Assembly: GCF_900232105.1 (NCBI RefSeq)
Contig: NZ_LT934425.1
Span: 3,840,001-3,872,000 of the forward strand
Origin: Candidatus Kuenenia stuttgartensis
Lineage (GTDB): Bacteria > Planctomycetota > Brocadiia > Brocadiales > Brocadiaceae
DNA length: 32,000 nucleotides
Direction of reading: 5' to 3'
Position 1 is the first letter of the stretch, and every line of letters begins with the position of its first letter. Position numbers and translations under genes: made by a program. Below the pieces are notes generated by a model. The model saw nothing but the letters and a program-made list of their open reading frames with translations, did not search any database and was not told the origin of the DNA. This document shows, in pieces, positions 1 through 8,179 of this stretch.

Positions 1-313
1 GATTACCCCAATAAGGTTTTTGCTTCAAATGTCGAAACTTATTGAAAACTCGAATAGCTGTTCTGCCTTTGATTATACCTACAAAATCGGATATCGATAT
101 CTTGGGTACTACCATGACAAGCAGATGAACATGGTCAATTTGTACATTTAACTCAACAACTTCACAGCCTTTTTGTTCAGAAAATGCTCTGATACACTTA
201 CCTACTTCTTCTGCTACTTGACCAGTAAGTATTCTTAGACGATATTTTGGTGTCCAAAGAATATGATATTGACAATGCCATATCGTATGCGATAATTTGC
301 GAAATCGACTCAT
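1..313 (-). CDS. tnpA: IS200/IS605-family Y1 (HUH) transposase TnpA; 3' end cut by the window edge
   Basis: Hand translation of the minus strand from ATG 313-311 gives MSRFRKLSHTIWHCQYHILWTPKYRLRILTGQVAEEVGKCIRAFSEQKGCEVVELNVQIDHVHLLVMVVPKISISDFVGIIKGRTAIRVFNKF... This has the HxH motif (DHVHLL) and the WxPKYR block typical of IS200 TnpA. It is absent from the ORF track because it runs off the window. Confidence 0.85.
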   Translation of the reverse strand, partial: MSRFRKLSHTIWHCQYHILWTPKYRLRILTGQVAEEVGKCIRAFSEQKGCEVVELNVQIDHVHLLVMVVPKISISDFVGIIKGRTAIRVFNKFRHLKQKPYWGN

Positions 314-425
314 TTGTTACTCCTTTGTTGATGTTGTGGGGACAACTCAACTTAGATTGTAACAATGAGTCGTTTTACTGGCAAAGCCTTTAAACTCTGA
401 CCACGCCCACAGGGCGTGGTTTTCC
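1..425 (-). mobile_element. End of an IS200/IS605-family element (tnpA plus subterminal hairpin), inserted into an IS630-like transposase gene
   Basis: A perfect 9-bp stem hairpin ACCACGCCC-aca-GGGCGTGGT lies at 400-420, about 90 bp upstream of tnpA. Subterminal hairpins are the recognition structures of this family. The IS630-like reading frame resumes right after it. Confidence 0.6.
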
Positions 426-605
426 ACATTATTAATAAAGATCAAATTTCTCCCTTCCTATTCACCTAATCTAAACCTCATTGAAAGATTATGGAAATTC
501 TTTTGCAAAAAAATATTGTATAATAAGTATTATGATACTTATGGGAAGTTTAAAAACAAATGTTTAAGTTTTTTCAAAAATATTAACGAGTATATGTTTT
601 GCTGA
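426..605 (+). pseudogene. 3' fragment of an IS630-family (DDE_3) transposase, truncated by the IS200/IS605 insertion
   Basis: Hand translation in the frame with codons at 465, 468... gives ..IKFLPSYSPNLNLIERLWKFFCKKILYNKYYDTYGKFKNKCLSFFKNINEYMFC*, with stop TGA at 603-605. The YSPxLNxIERxW block is the hallmark C-terminal motif of IS630 transposases. No N-terminal part is present. Confidence 0.75.
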
Positions 606-670
606 GCTTGTCGAAGCAGATGAATTGCTTACTCTTTTAACTTAAAATTTTCGAATTATTGGCGAGCAAA

Positions 671-692
671 TTTTAAAAAACTAAAGTGTTAC
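671..692 (+). repeat. Probable right terminal inverted repeat of the IS630-like element (TTTTAAAAAACTAAAGTGTTAC)
   Basis: It lies 66 bp after the transposase stop. The same ~24-nt motif forms both ends of the MITE at 15060-15335 and recurs at 26225-26247. Confidence 0.55.
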
Positions 693-845
693 GATTTGTT
701 TGACTATACACGAATGGAAGGCCTTGATGTGATTGAGAATTGGGGACAGAATTAAAGCCCCAATGTTAGTTCCAAGATGGTGGGATAAGGGTGTGAGCAG
801 TACCCTATATTTTTGTTGACATGGAGGACAGAATAGTGGTATCTT

Positions 846-2036
846 GTGCCTATGACTAATACACAACCGCCCACTATTAAAAAGTATGTTTCTTCGTTAG
901 CATCAATTGTTCGAAGTAGGGCACAAAATTCGCTTGGTAGCGTCTTATCTCGTGTCCGTTCAAGCCATGAGGCAGTCTTTATCTTTGATAATAATGATGA
1001 ATTTCTCGGACTGATATCTCCTTTCAAGACACTTTATTCCAGCAATTTTCCTTATACCACAAAAGTATCATCTATAGTTTTTAAACCACCTGCCATTACA
1101 GAAGAAACGCCAGTCTATCAAGTTGCAGAATATATGCTATCTACAAAGATATATATATTGCCGGTACTTAGTAAAGATGGAGACTTACAGAGTGTGATTT
1201 ATGGAAAAGATATATTGCAGGGAATTATTAAAGATCCTGGCTTGTTAGTGTTTGTAAGTGGCAAAGTAAAACCGCATATCCCAATAACAGCCCCGATTAC
1301 TGCCTCGGTGAAAGATGTATTCTATGACCTTAAAGAAAAAGGTGTTTCAAGAATGGTGATAGTTAATGCTGAAGGATCCCTTGCAGGAATCGTCACCAGA
1401 AGCGATCTCATGCAGGCACTTATCAAGCCTACAGCAAAGATGAGATTTCCTAAGGAAGGAACGCATGTTGGCTTTTATTCATTGGCAGGAGAAAAGAAAT
1501 TCAGAAAGAGCGACCCTATCCGTAAGTACTATACGGTACTGGTTGACTCTTTGCCCGACGATACATCAAGAACAGAAATTGTTTCGCATCTTATCACCTC
1601 TCCACATGATAGTATTATTCTGGTAGATAAGCATAATAAACCTACTGGTTTTCTCTCGACACGCGACATCCTGCGAGCAGTTGTGCTTTTGCGTCCAGAA
1701 GAAGATATTCCGCTTATTATTATCAAGAAACCAGGCGATTCTGTAAGTAATAAAGAGTTAGAACAAGCGACAAGACATTTGGAGTTATTTGGCAGGAAGT
1801 TAAAAAAACGGATGAAAATTAAAAAAATCGAAGTCACCTCCGAAGAGCCTAAAAACCCAAAAGGTCATACGATGATGTTTAATATCACCGTTATCGTTAC
1901 TCCTATTGCTGGAAAAGCAATTGTTGCCGCTACCAAACAGAGAAGGTTTATCGATGGAATACAAGAGGCTACAACATTAATTGAGAAACAACGCAGGCGA
2001 AGTGGACTTTCAAAAAAGGACACACGGAAATCATAA
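846..2036 (+). CDS. CBS-domain protein (two CBS pairs) with a C-terminal HPF/RaiA-like (beta-alpha-beta-beta-beta-alpha) segment
   Basis: 396-aa ORF (GTG 846 or ATG 852). It has repeated CBS-type blocks (..LGLISPF.., ..ILPVLSKDGDLQSVIYGKDIL.., ..SRMVIVNAEGSLAGIVTRSDLM.., ..SIILVDKHNKPTGFLSTRDIL..). The last ~110 aa align by eye to the hibernation-factor pattern (IIIKKPGDSVSNKELEQATRHLELFGRKL...IEV...FNITVIV...GKAIVAAT...FIDGIQEATTLIEKQRRR). Confidence 0.7.
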   Translation: MPMTNTQPPTIKKYVSSLASIVRSRAQNSLGSVLSRVRSSHEAVFIFDNNDEFLGLISPFKTLYSSNFPYTTKVSSIVFKPPAITEETPVYQVAEYMLSTKIYILPVLSKDGDLQSVIYGKDILQGIIKDPGLLVFVSGKVKPHIPITAPITASVKDVFYDLKEKGVSRMVIVNAEGSLAGIVTRSDLMQALIKPTAKMRFPKEGTHVGFYSLAGEKKFRKSDPIRKYYTVLVDSLPDDTSRTEIVSHLITSPHDSIILVDKHNKPTGFLSTRDILRAVVLLRPEEDIPLIIIKKPGDSVSNKELEQATRHLELFGRKLKKRMKIKKIEVTSEEPKNPKGHTMMFNITVIVTPIAGKAIVAATKQRRFIDGIQEATTLIEKQRRRSGLSKKDTRKS

Positions 2037-2164
2037 AAAACAAATTTCCAGCCTGAAATGATTAGCATACATTGGAATTGGGGACGTTCGTGAGAGAGAC
2101 GGTATGGAGGGTACTGGTCAATTCTGCTACTGACTTTGCTTTCGGATAATGTTATATTTCCCTT

Positions 2165-2370
2165 ATGACAAGACCTCTAAGAATACAATATCCTGGAGCT
2201 TGGGATCGTATCATGAACAGAGGAAGACGAAGGGGAAACATTTTCTCGACAAATGAAGACTATACATTAAAATAGTCGCATATTGTTTAATACCAAACCA
2301 TTATCACCTTTTACTACAAACACCCGAAGGAAATCTTTCACGAAAAGGCTATAGAAATTCAACAGGTTGA
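2165..2370 (+). pseudogene. Remnant of a REP-associated / IS200-like tyrosine transposase (RAYT-type)
   Basis: MTRPLRIQYPGAWDRIMNRGRRRGNIFSTNEDYTLK* is followed in another frame by AYCLIPNHYHLLLQTPEGNLSR. Both blocks are conserved in this family, but the region between them is deleted and there is an in-frame stop at 2273-2275. Confidence 0.65.
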
Positions 2371-2885
2371 TAAATATGACCTGGCGAGACCGTTGATATA
2401 CTGGCGGGATTTCCGAAATGACGTGCAATCACTTCACCCAACGCATTACTGTATTCGATATTGTGCGACAGATATCGCTGTAAATAAAGATTTCCTTCCT
2501 GTAATCCCGGCCACTCTCCATATGTCCCTCCGTTTACACTGTTTCCAATTACGAACCAAGTCGAAACATTGCCGTGATCGGTTCCAAGGCTTGCGTTGTT
2601 TTTAGGAGTGCGCTAAACTCAGCCATTGTCAAGATCAATACATTATTCATCAATGTTGTACCTAAATCAGTGTACAGAGCAACAACCCCGTTTTGCTAAT
2701 TCAGAGAGAAGTTCGGAATGGGTTCCCTCCACACCGCCTTGATTGACATGGGTATCCCAACCATGACTATCAACTGTGGCAACTTGCAATCCCATACCCT
2801 ATTTTGTCAGTTGCGCTACTTACTTGTCGGAGTTATTTACCAAACGTTGAAGCGGGATACTCAGCCCCATTTGCAGGAATACACC
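2353..2885 (-). pseudogene. Remnant of the C-terminal half of a DUF1501 (sulfatase-like) protein
   Basis: Hand translation of the minus strand gives ..STFGK*LRQV.., ..LQVATVDSHGWDTHVNQGGVEGTHSELLSELAK.. and ..SLGTDHGNVSTWFVIGNSVNGGTYGEWPGLQEGNLYLQRYLSHNIEYSNALGEVIARHFGNPASI..VEFL*. These are spread over at least three frames with internal stops. The GWDTH and GTDHG motifs are typical of DUF1501. Confidence 0.7.
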
Positions 2886-3023
2886 CAAAGAAAAACAAAA
2901 AGAAAGGGGGCAAATCTTTATTATTGACATATTTGCTTCAACTCTTTCAATAATCTGAGAAATACGTTTGTCATCTTTCAGTTTTTCTCGTAATCGTTTT
3001 CTCCCTTGGGTTACAGTTAGCTT

Positions 3024-4937
3024 TTAAAGGGATTCCATGGCGGGAAGTTCAATGACAAAAGTAGTGCCCTTTCCCACTTCACTTTGCACGTATATTTTAC
3101 CGTTATGCTGTTTAATAATACTATGTGCTATGGAAAGGCCAAGCCCCGTGCCTTTCTTCTTTTTGTTTGCTCTGTTGGTATAAAACGGTTCGAAAATTTT
3201 AGAAAGATTCTCTTTGGGAATTCCTGGCCCCGTGTCTGATATATAGGTCTTTACTACATTATTCTGAGCCTCTGTTTTAATAGTGAGGCATTTATCATAT
3301 GCCGATACTTCCATTGCAGCGCAGGCATTTTCGATTATATTAAGCAATACCCTGCGTATTTGATATTTATCGACAAAAACAAATGGCAAAACGTCTCCAG
3401 GTAAAATAATAATTTTAATGTTTGCGTGGTCAAACTGATATATTTTCTGCTTTATGATAACTTCGATGATTTCATTAATATTTATTTGTTCCTTGGATAG
3501 TGTATAATTTCCCGTAAACGTGAGGAGGCTTTTTACAACGTCCTGTATTTGTTCTGTTTCTTTCTGTATTCTTTGGAGGTATTTTAGCGATTTTTCACTA
3601 GTTGCAGGGTCATTTAAGACAAGTTCTGTGCAAAGTTGAATGCCCGCAAGGGGGTTATTCAATTCATGTGCGGCGCCTGCTACCAGATTACTCACCGCAA
3701 AAAGCCTTTCTGACTGGACTACCTGATTTGTTAATTGATGTTCGCGTGTAACGTCTCTTAGTACGATAACGATCCCTATATTATTGCCAATAAAAGATCG
3801 TGCCAGCCTTTTCCTTTTCCTTCTATCTCCGATAACATGTATATTTTCATCAATGAACTGATTAACCGAAGATGCAATAACATTAAAATGTTTTTCAAAA
3901 TCGTCATTAATAGTAATTTCATAGGATACGGAGAGTTGTTTTTCTTCAAACAATGTTCTGTAAATATCTTTTATATCGATAGTATTTATTCTGATTATTG
4001 ACCCATCGCTGTTTCTCACCAAATTCAACTGGCTAAGTATTGCATTTGCGGCCTTATTTACCGTGTTTATTTTCCCATACATATCCATAAAAACAATGCC
4101 GTCAACTATGCCATCTATCAAGGAAAGTAATTTTAATTCTTCCACATCCATGCGATGATTGCAAAGGTTTAAATGGTATTTTATTAGGGTATCTGCAAAG
4201 GCCGTTGGAATGGTTTTTTCATCCGCCGGTTTTATGATATAGTCATTCGCCCCCGCTTTCATCAGTTCAATTGCCCTTAGCTCTGAACCCTGCGTGACAA
4301 TAATTGTTATAAATATTTCATGGATGCTCTCTTTTGATTTTCTGATTATTTCAGAGACATCTGATTCCGGCAAATGATCATCCAAAAACATGATGGATAG
4401 TTTTTCATTCTTCAATTGATGAATGGCATCCTGGCCATTTCCGGCAATAATCACATCATAGCCTTCCCCGAGAAGATACGTTTCCAACATTTGTGTGAAA
4501 GATTGTTCACTGGCGGCAATCAAGATTTTTATCCTGTTTGCGGTAATATTCGCGGGCGTTGACTCTGGCTTGTTTTGTAACAGATATAATAAATCTTCCA
4601 ATGCAAATGACGGATGAATTGAAAGATATGCGCCAACACAATTGGCTAACAGGGATATCATACAATTTTTCTGCGAATCAGTGACTAAAATTACGGGAAC
4701 GTTATTGCAATTTGCCAAAAGAGATGACTTCATTAGTTTACATACTTGAAAACCATCCAAAATGGGTAGCTCTGTATCTAAAAATGCAAAAAGAGGGGGC
4801 TGGGTATTGAGATGTTTTAAGGCATCTTCTCCATTTAACACCGTTATTATATTTACAAAACCATGCTGTTTTAAGTAGCAAATTATATGTTCATATTTAT
4901 CTAATTTATTGGAGGCAAACAATAGGGTTCCATTCAT
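3024..4937 (-). CDS. Hybrid sensor histidine kinase with two N-terminal receiver domains, a PAS-like region, HisKA and HATPase_c
   Basis: 637-aa ORF. It has receiver-like blocks (AFLDTELPILDGF; IMFLDDHLPESD...IIKP), an H-box AAHELNNPL, and an ATP-binding G-box GTGLGLSIAHSII. Confidence 0.85.
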   Translation of the reverse strand: MNGTLLFASNKLDKYEHIICYLKQHGFVNIITVLNGEDALKHLNTQPPLFAFLDTELPILDGFQVCKLMKSSLLANCNNVPVILVTDSQKNCMISLLANCVGAYLSIHPSFALEDLLYLLQNKPESTPANITANRIKILIAASEQSFTQMLETYLLGEGYDVIIAGNGQDAIHQLKNEKLSIMFLDDHLPESDVSEIIRKSKESIHEIFITIIVTQGSELRAIELMKAGANDYIIKPADEKTIPTAFADTLIKYHLNLCNHRMDVEELKLLSLIDGIVDGIVFMDMYGKINTVNKAANAILSQLNLVRNSDGSIIRINTIDIKDIYRTLFEEKQLSVSYEITINDDFEKHFNVIASSVNQFIDENIHVIGDRRKRKRLARSFIGNNIGIVIVLRDVTREHQLTNQVVQSERLFAVSNLVAGAAHELNNPLAGIQLCTELVLNDPATSEKSLKYLQRIQKETEQIQDVVKSLLTFTGNYTLSKEQININEIIEVIIKQKIYQFDHANIKIIILPGDVLPFVFVDKYQIRRVLLNIIENACAAMEVSAYDKCLTIKTEAQNNVVKTYISDTGPGIPKENLSKIFEPFYTNRANKKKKGTGLGLSIAHSIIKQHNGKIYVQSEVGKGTTFVIELPAMESL

Positions 4938-5244
4938 GTGTTTTTATTACTCCAAAACCATAGAATAAAAAAAGGAAAATGGGTGATGCAATACGGGTAA
5001 TCCTAACATGGACAAGCCAGAACCAAACAAGCATGAAATACAAAAGAGGAACCATAGATTACACAGATTAAAAAATCGCAGGAACACGGAGCATTGTGTC
5101 CCTGCAACAAACGTAAGGTTAAAATCCCGGTCTGCATTTCCCCTTCTGTCCAGTTCCAGGTTAGGGTATGGATACCATATTTGTGATGTCAAAGCCAATA
5201 TTTTTTTTGAAATGTACCGTGTTTAAGAAGGGTGTGTTTTAGCG

Positions 5245-5280
5245 TAAAACCCCTTTTCTTAGTTTATAGTGAAAAGGGGA
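5245..5280 (-). terminator. Possible intrinsic terminator after the Bat-type operon
   Basis: On the minus strand CCCCTTTT pairs with AAAAGGGG and is followed by TTTTA, 25-60 bp after the stop of the last operon gene. The loop is long (14 nt), so this is weak. Confidence 0.35.
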
Positions 5281-5304
5281 AAGGAAATACGAAGGGAAAA
5301 ACGG

Positions 5305-6315
5305 TTATAAGACAAAATAGAATGCAAGAAGAATCAATGCACAGCCTAGAAAATATTGTGAAATATCGTAAATGATATTTTTCTTTTTTACGCCGATAAT
5401 GTCTTTGTTTGTTTCAATAACCTGTTTGAAGATATTTTGCAGTTCAGCGCCGGTAGCATCGTGTTGGTAGGAGCCTCCAGCCATTTCTGCTATTTCTCTT
5501 AATAATTTCGGATCGGGTTTTGTGTAAATAATCTCTCCATCTTCTGTGCGTTCATAACCACTTTTATTCCCCAATCTATCCCGTTTTGGTATGGAGGTGG
5601 AATTATTTGGATCCCCAATGCCAATGATGTAAGTGGAAATATCGTTCTTTTCCAATAACAATCGTATTGCTTCCACTACCTGACTCCTTCTGAGAAGCTG
5701 CTCTTCTCCATCGGTAAGAAGGATTATTATTTTTTTCCCTGCTTCATTACTGAAGGTTTCCATGGCAGCAATTAAGGCGTTCCCGATATTTGTGCCGTAA
5801 GGTACAAATCTTACATAATGTTCGTTTACCATATTTAATATTCTAAGGAATACCATTTCATAGTCTTTTGTTGGATAAGGGAGGAGGGAAAAGGCTCGTG
5901 CGGCGAAAACAACTAAACCAACACGGTCGTCTTCAAGTCCTCTCACCAGGTTGGCAATCTCCATTTTGGCACATTCAAGCCGGTTGGGTTTTACATCCTC
6001 CGCAAGCATACTCATTGAGACGTCAAGTACAAATACTATCTCAAGCCCTTCTTTTTCATATTGTTCTTCCGTAGTTTGCCATTTAGGCTGCAAAAGTGTA
6101 AGCCCTAAAATACAGCAGGCGGCGCTTATGCTGGTTCCTTTGATGAGGTTTCTGTATGTTGAGGGTATTTTGCTGAATTTTTGTATGTATGTTTTCTGCC
6201 CAAATGTTTTTAGCCAGGCTCCCTTCCGCCAGTAAAGAATAAAGTAGAAAACAAGGATCAGGCAGGAAAGTGAAAATACAAGGGGGGTATATTTTTCGTG
6301 AATAAAAGATAACAT
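5305..6315 (-). CDS. Membrane-anchored von Willebrand factor A (VWA) protein, BatB-like
   Basis: 336 aa with N- and C-terminal hydrophobic helices and the MIDAS motif VFVLDVSMSM. It is the last gene of the MoxR/DUF58 operon. Confidence 0.8.
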   Translation of the reverse strand: MLSFIHEKYTPLVFSLSCLILVFYFILYWRKGAWLKTFGQKTYIQKFSKIPSTYRNLIKGTSISAACCILGLTLLQPKWQTTEEQYEKEGLEIVFVLDVSMSMLAEDVKPNRLECAKMEIANLVRGLEDDRVGLVVFAARAFSLLPYPTKDYEMVFLRILNMVNEHYVRFVPYGTNIGNALIAAMETFSNEAGKKIIILLTDGEEQLLRRSQVVEAIRLLLEKNDISTYIIGIGDPNNSTSIPKRDRLGNKSGYERTEDGEIIYTKPDPKLLREIAEMAGGSYQHDATGAELQNIFKQVIETNKDIIGVKKKNIIYDISQYFLGCALILLAFYFVL

Positions 6316-6405
6316 TATTGATTTATTATTCGATAAGTTTTGAGAAAAGAAATAGTTTCAGGTATTTACACGGTAATATTATAAACACGATGGATTTCTT
6401 ATGCG

Positions 6406-6987
6406 CTACCAGCGGATTTTCTGTTCTCCGCTGTATCGATATTTGGTACCCCATGGAATAAGTTTCAGGGACTCTATCCGGTCTTCGCGTTCTTCCTGTT
6501 TATGAGAAAACATGGTATTGAATTGCATCTCGCCCAATCTCATTCGTTCGAGATTTTTTTTTGCCTGGAAATCGGCGGGGTCAATTTTCAGGGCTTCAAC
6601 GTATTGCATTGCCGCAGTGGAGAAATCCATATCTTCCGCAATAATATTTGCATTATTGTAAATTGCCCTTGCCTTTAATACAGGGTCTTTTGTTTCCATA
6701 GTTTTCCGGTACTCATCTGAGGCCTTTTTATTTTCCATGAGCAAAGAATATAGTACGCCTTTGTTATATGTTATTAAAGGGTCTTTTTCTGATAGTTTGC
6801 GGATAAAAGGATTCTCTTCCAGCTTACGAATTGTGGAAAATGCATGCTGGTATCTGCCCATTTTTATATTTTCGTCCAAATTCGTAATAATGGTGTTTAT
6901 CTTTAAATTTGTATAACCGTAGAATGTGAGAATGCATGCAAGCACTACGAAGGTTATTTTGGGAAGCAATTTATAGAACATAGGCAT
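6406..6987 (-). CDS. TPR-repeat membrane protein, BatC-like
   Basis: 193 aa with an N-terminal TM helix, then TPR-like repeats (AIYNNANIIAEDMDFSTAAMQYVEALKIDPADFQAKKNLE). It sits between two VWA genes. Confidence 0.65.
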   Translation of the reverse strand: MPMFYKLLPKITFVVLACILTFYGYTNLKINTIITNLDENIKMGRYQHAFSTIRKLEENPFIRKLSEKDPLITYNKGVLYSLLMENKKASDEYRKTMETKDPVLKARAIYNNANIIAEDMDFSTAAMQYVEALKIDPADFQAKKNLERMRLGEMQFNTMFSHKQEEREDRIESLKLIPWGTKYRYSGEQKIRW

Positions 6988-7002
6988 CTCCTTTTTAATT
7001 TA

Positions 7003-7131
7003 ACGTTTAGGAATTTCAATATTTTTAATTAAGCAATGAACAAACCCACCCCTCAAACCCCTCCCAAAAGGGGACTTATCAAATTCCCCTCTTGGGAGGG
7101 GTTTGGGGCGGGTAAAAATGAATGCCGTTGG
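7003..7131. repeat. Composite palindromic intergenic repeat (CCCACCCCTCAAACCCCTCC ... GGAGGGGTTTGGGGCGGG) inside the Bat operon
   Basis: Two ~30-bp inverted arms lie at about 7044-7072 and 7085-7113. The left half plus flank recurs at 28287-28345 and the right half plus flank at 15014-15052. Confidence 0.8.
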
Positions 7132-7159
7132 TTTTTTATCTTTTACAACTCAACCTGAT

Positions 7160-8179
7160 TCAAGGGATTCTTATCCAGAAGTTTTCAATGAAAACAGTTG
7201 TTAACAGAAAAAACAAACCTGCTATAATAGGGAATATATAAAGGTCCTTTTTTTTAAAAACATTTTCTACCACAATTTCATCTTTTTCAATCCTGTCAAT
7301 TTCATCATAGAATTTTGCAACCTCTTCAAAATTATCGGCATGATAATATTTTCCTCCGGTTGACTCTATTGCTTCCTGTAATTCCTGGATGTGTTGAGCG
7401 GCGATATCAGGGTCTATGCCATAGACGTCTGATGCTTTTACTGCCACAACATACGCCTTTATTCCCATTCTTTGCAGAAGCCGTAAGGGTCTGTCCGGTG
7501 AAATGCCAATATTGTAAATGCCATCAGTGAAGAGAATTATTAGTTTATTTTTCAGTAAGTCTCTTTTCTTCATCTCTTTTACAAATGAAACAGCGTAATC
7601 ATCGAGATACTGCTTGTTAATGCTGTTTCTTAATTCTGTGAAGGTAAATCTGCTTCCCATTTCTTTTTCAAACAATGCGGTAATGGAGGTAAAGATACCC
7701 TCTCCTATTGAAGTTTGGTATCCCATTTGGGATGAGTGTACACGTTCCAAAGATTTTTCAAGCAACTCCGTTTCCATCGTGGGCATTGTAATGAGAGCCG
7801 CATCAGTGCCGAAAATAGATAATCCAATAATATCGTTTGATCTTTTCTTTATAAAGGCAGCAACAACTTCCTTTATGGTCTCTATGGCAGTTCCGGTTGT
7901 GCTGAATGAAGTATCAATACAGAGGAGTATTTCACGTCCTTTTAAAGATATCTTTTCTTTATGATAGGCGGATTGCGGATATGTTAACGCCAATATTAAA
8001 AAAAATACCGCGCAAAAAAAGACCGGTTTAAAAAGGCCTGCGATAACCTTCCTGAACCCATGCAGTTCTTTTACATGATAGAGGCTTGAATAACCGATAT
8101 ATTTTTTTTCTTTCCAAAAAAAATAGAGCAAGCCAAAAGGGATAATAAGGAAAAGGAACCATGGATTCGCTAATGTCAT
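7160..8179 (-). CDS. Membrane-anchored VWA protein, BatA-like
   Basis: 339 aa with N-terminal TM helices and a C-terminal TM. It has a MIDAS-like ILLCIDTSFSTTG, and a 4-nt overlap with the upstream gene (8176-8179). Confidence 0.8.
   Translation of the reverse strand: MTLANPWFLFLIIPFGLLYFFWKEKKYIGYSSLYHVKELHGFRKVIAGLFKPVFFCAVFFLILALTYPQSAYHKEKISLKGREILLCIDTSFSTTGTAIETIKEVVAAFIKKRSNDIIGLSIFGTDAALITMPTMETELLEKSLERVHSSQMGYQTSIGEGIFTSITALFEKEMGSRFTFTELRNSINKQYLDDYAVSFVKEMKKRDLLKNKLIILFTDGIYNIGISPDRPLRLLQRMGIKAYVVAVKASDVYGIDPDIAAQHIQELQEAIESTGGKYYHADNFEEVAKFYDEIDRIEKDEIVVENVFKKKDLYIFPIIAGLFFLLTTVFIENFWIRIP

Noticed and set aside
2393-2927. Plus-strand ORFs 2393-2605 and 2718-2927 (70 and 69 aa)
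   Set aside because: They are antisense shadows of the DUF1501 remnant, which gives recognisable motifs on the minus strand.
4947-5226. ORFs 4947-5198 (minus) and 5008-5226 (plus) in the kinase / Bat operon spacer
   Set aside because: They overlap each other, have no RBS and no recognisable motifs. The region is more plausibly the kinase promoter and the Bat terminator.
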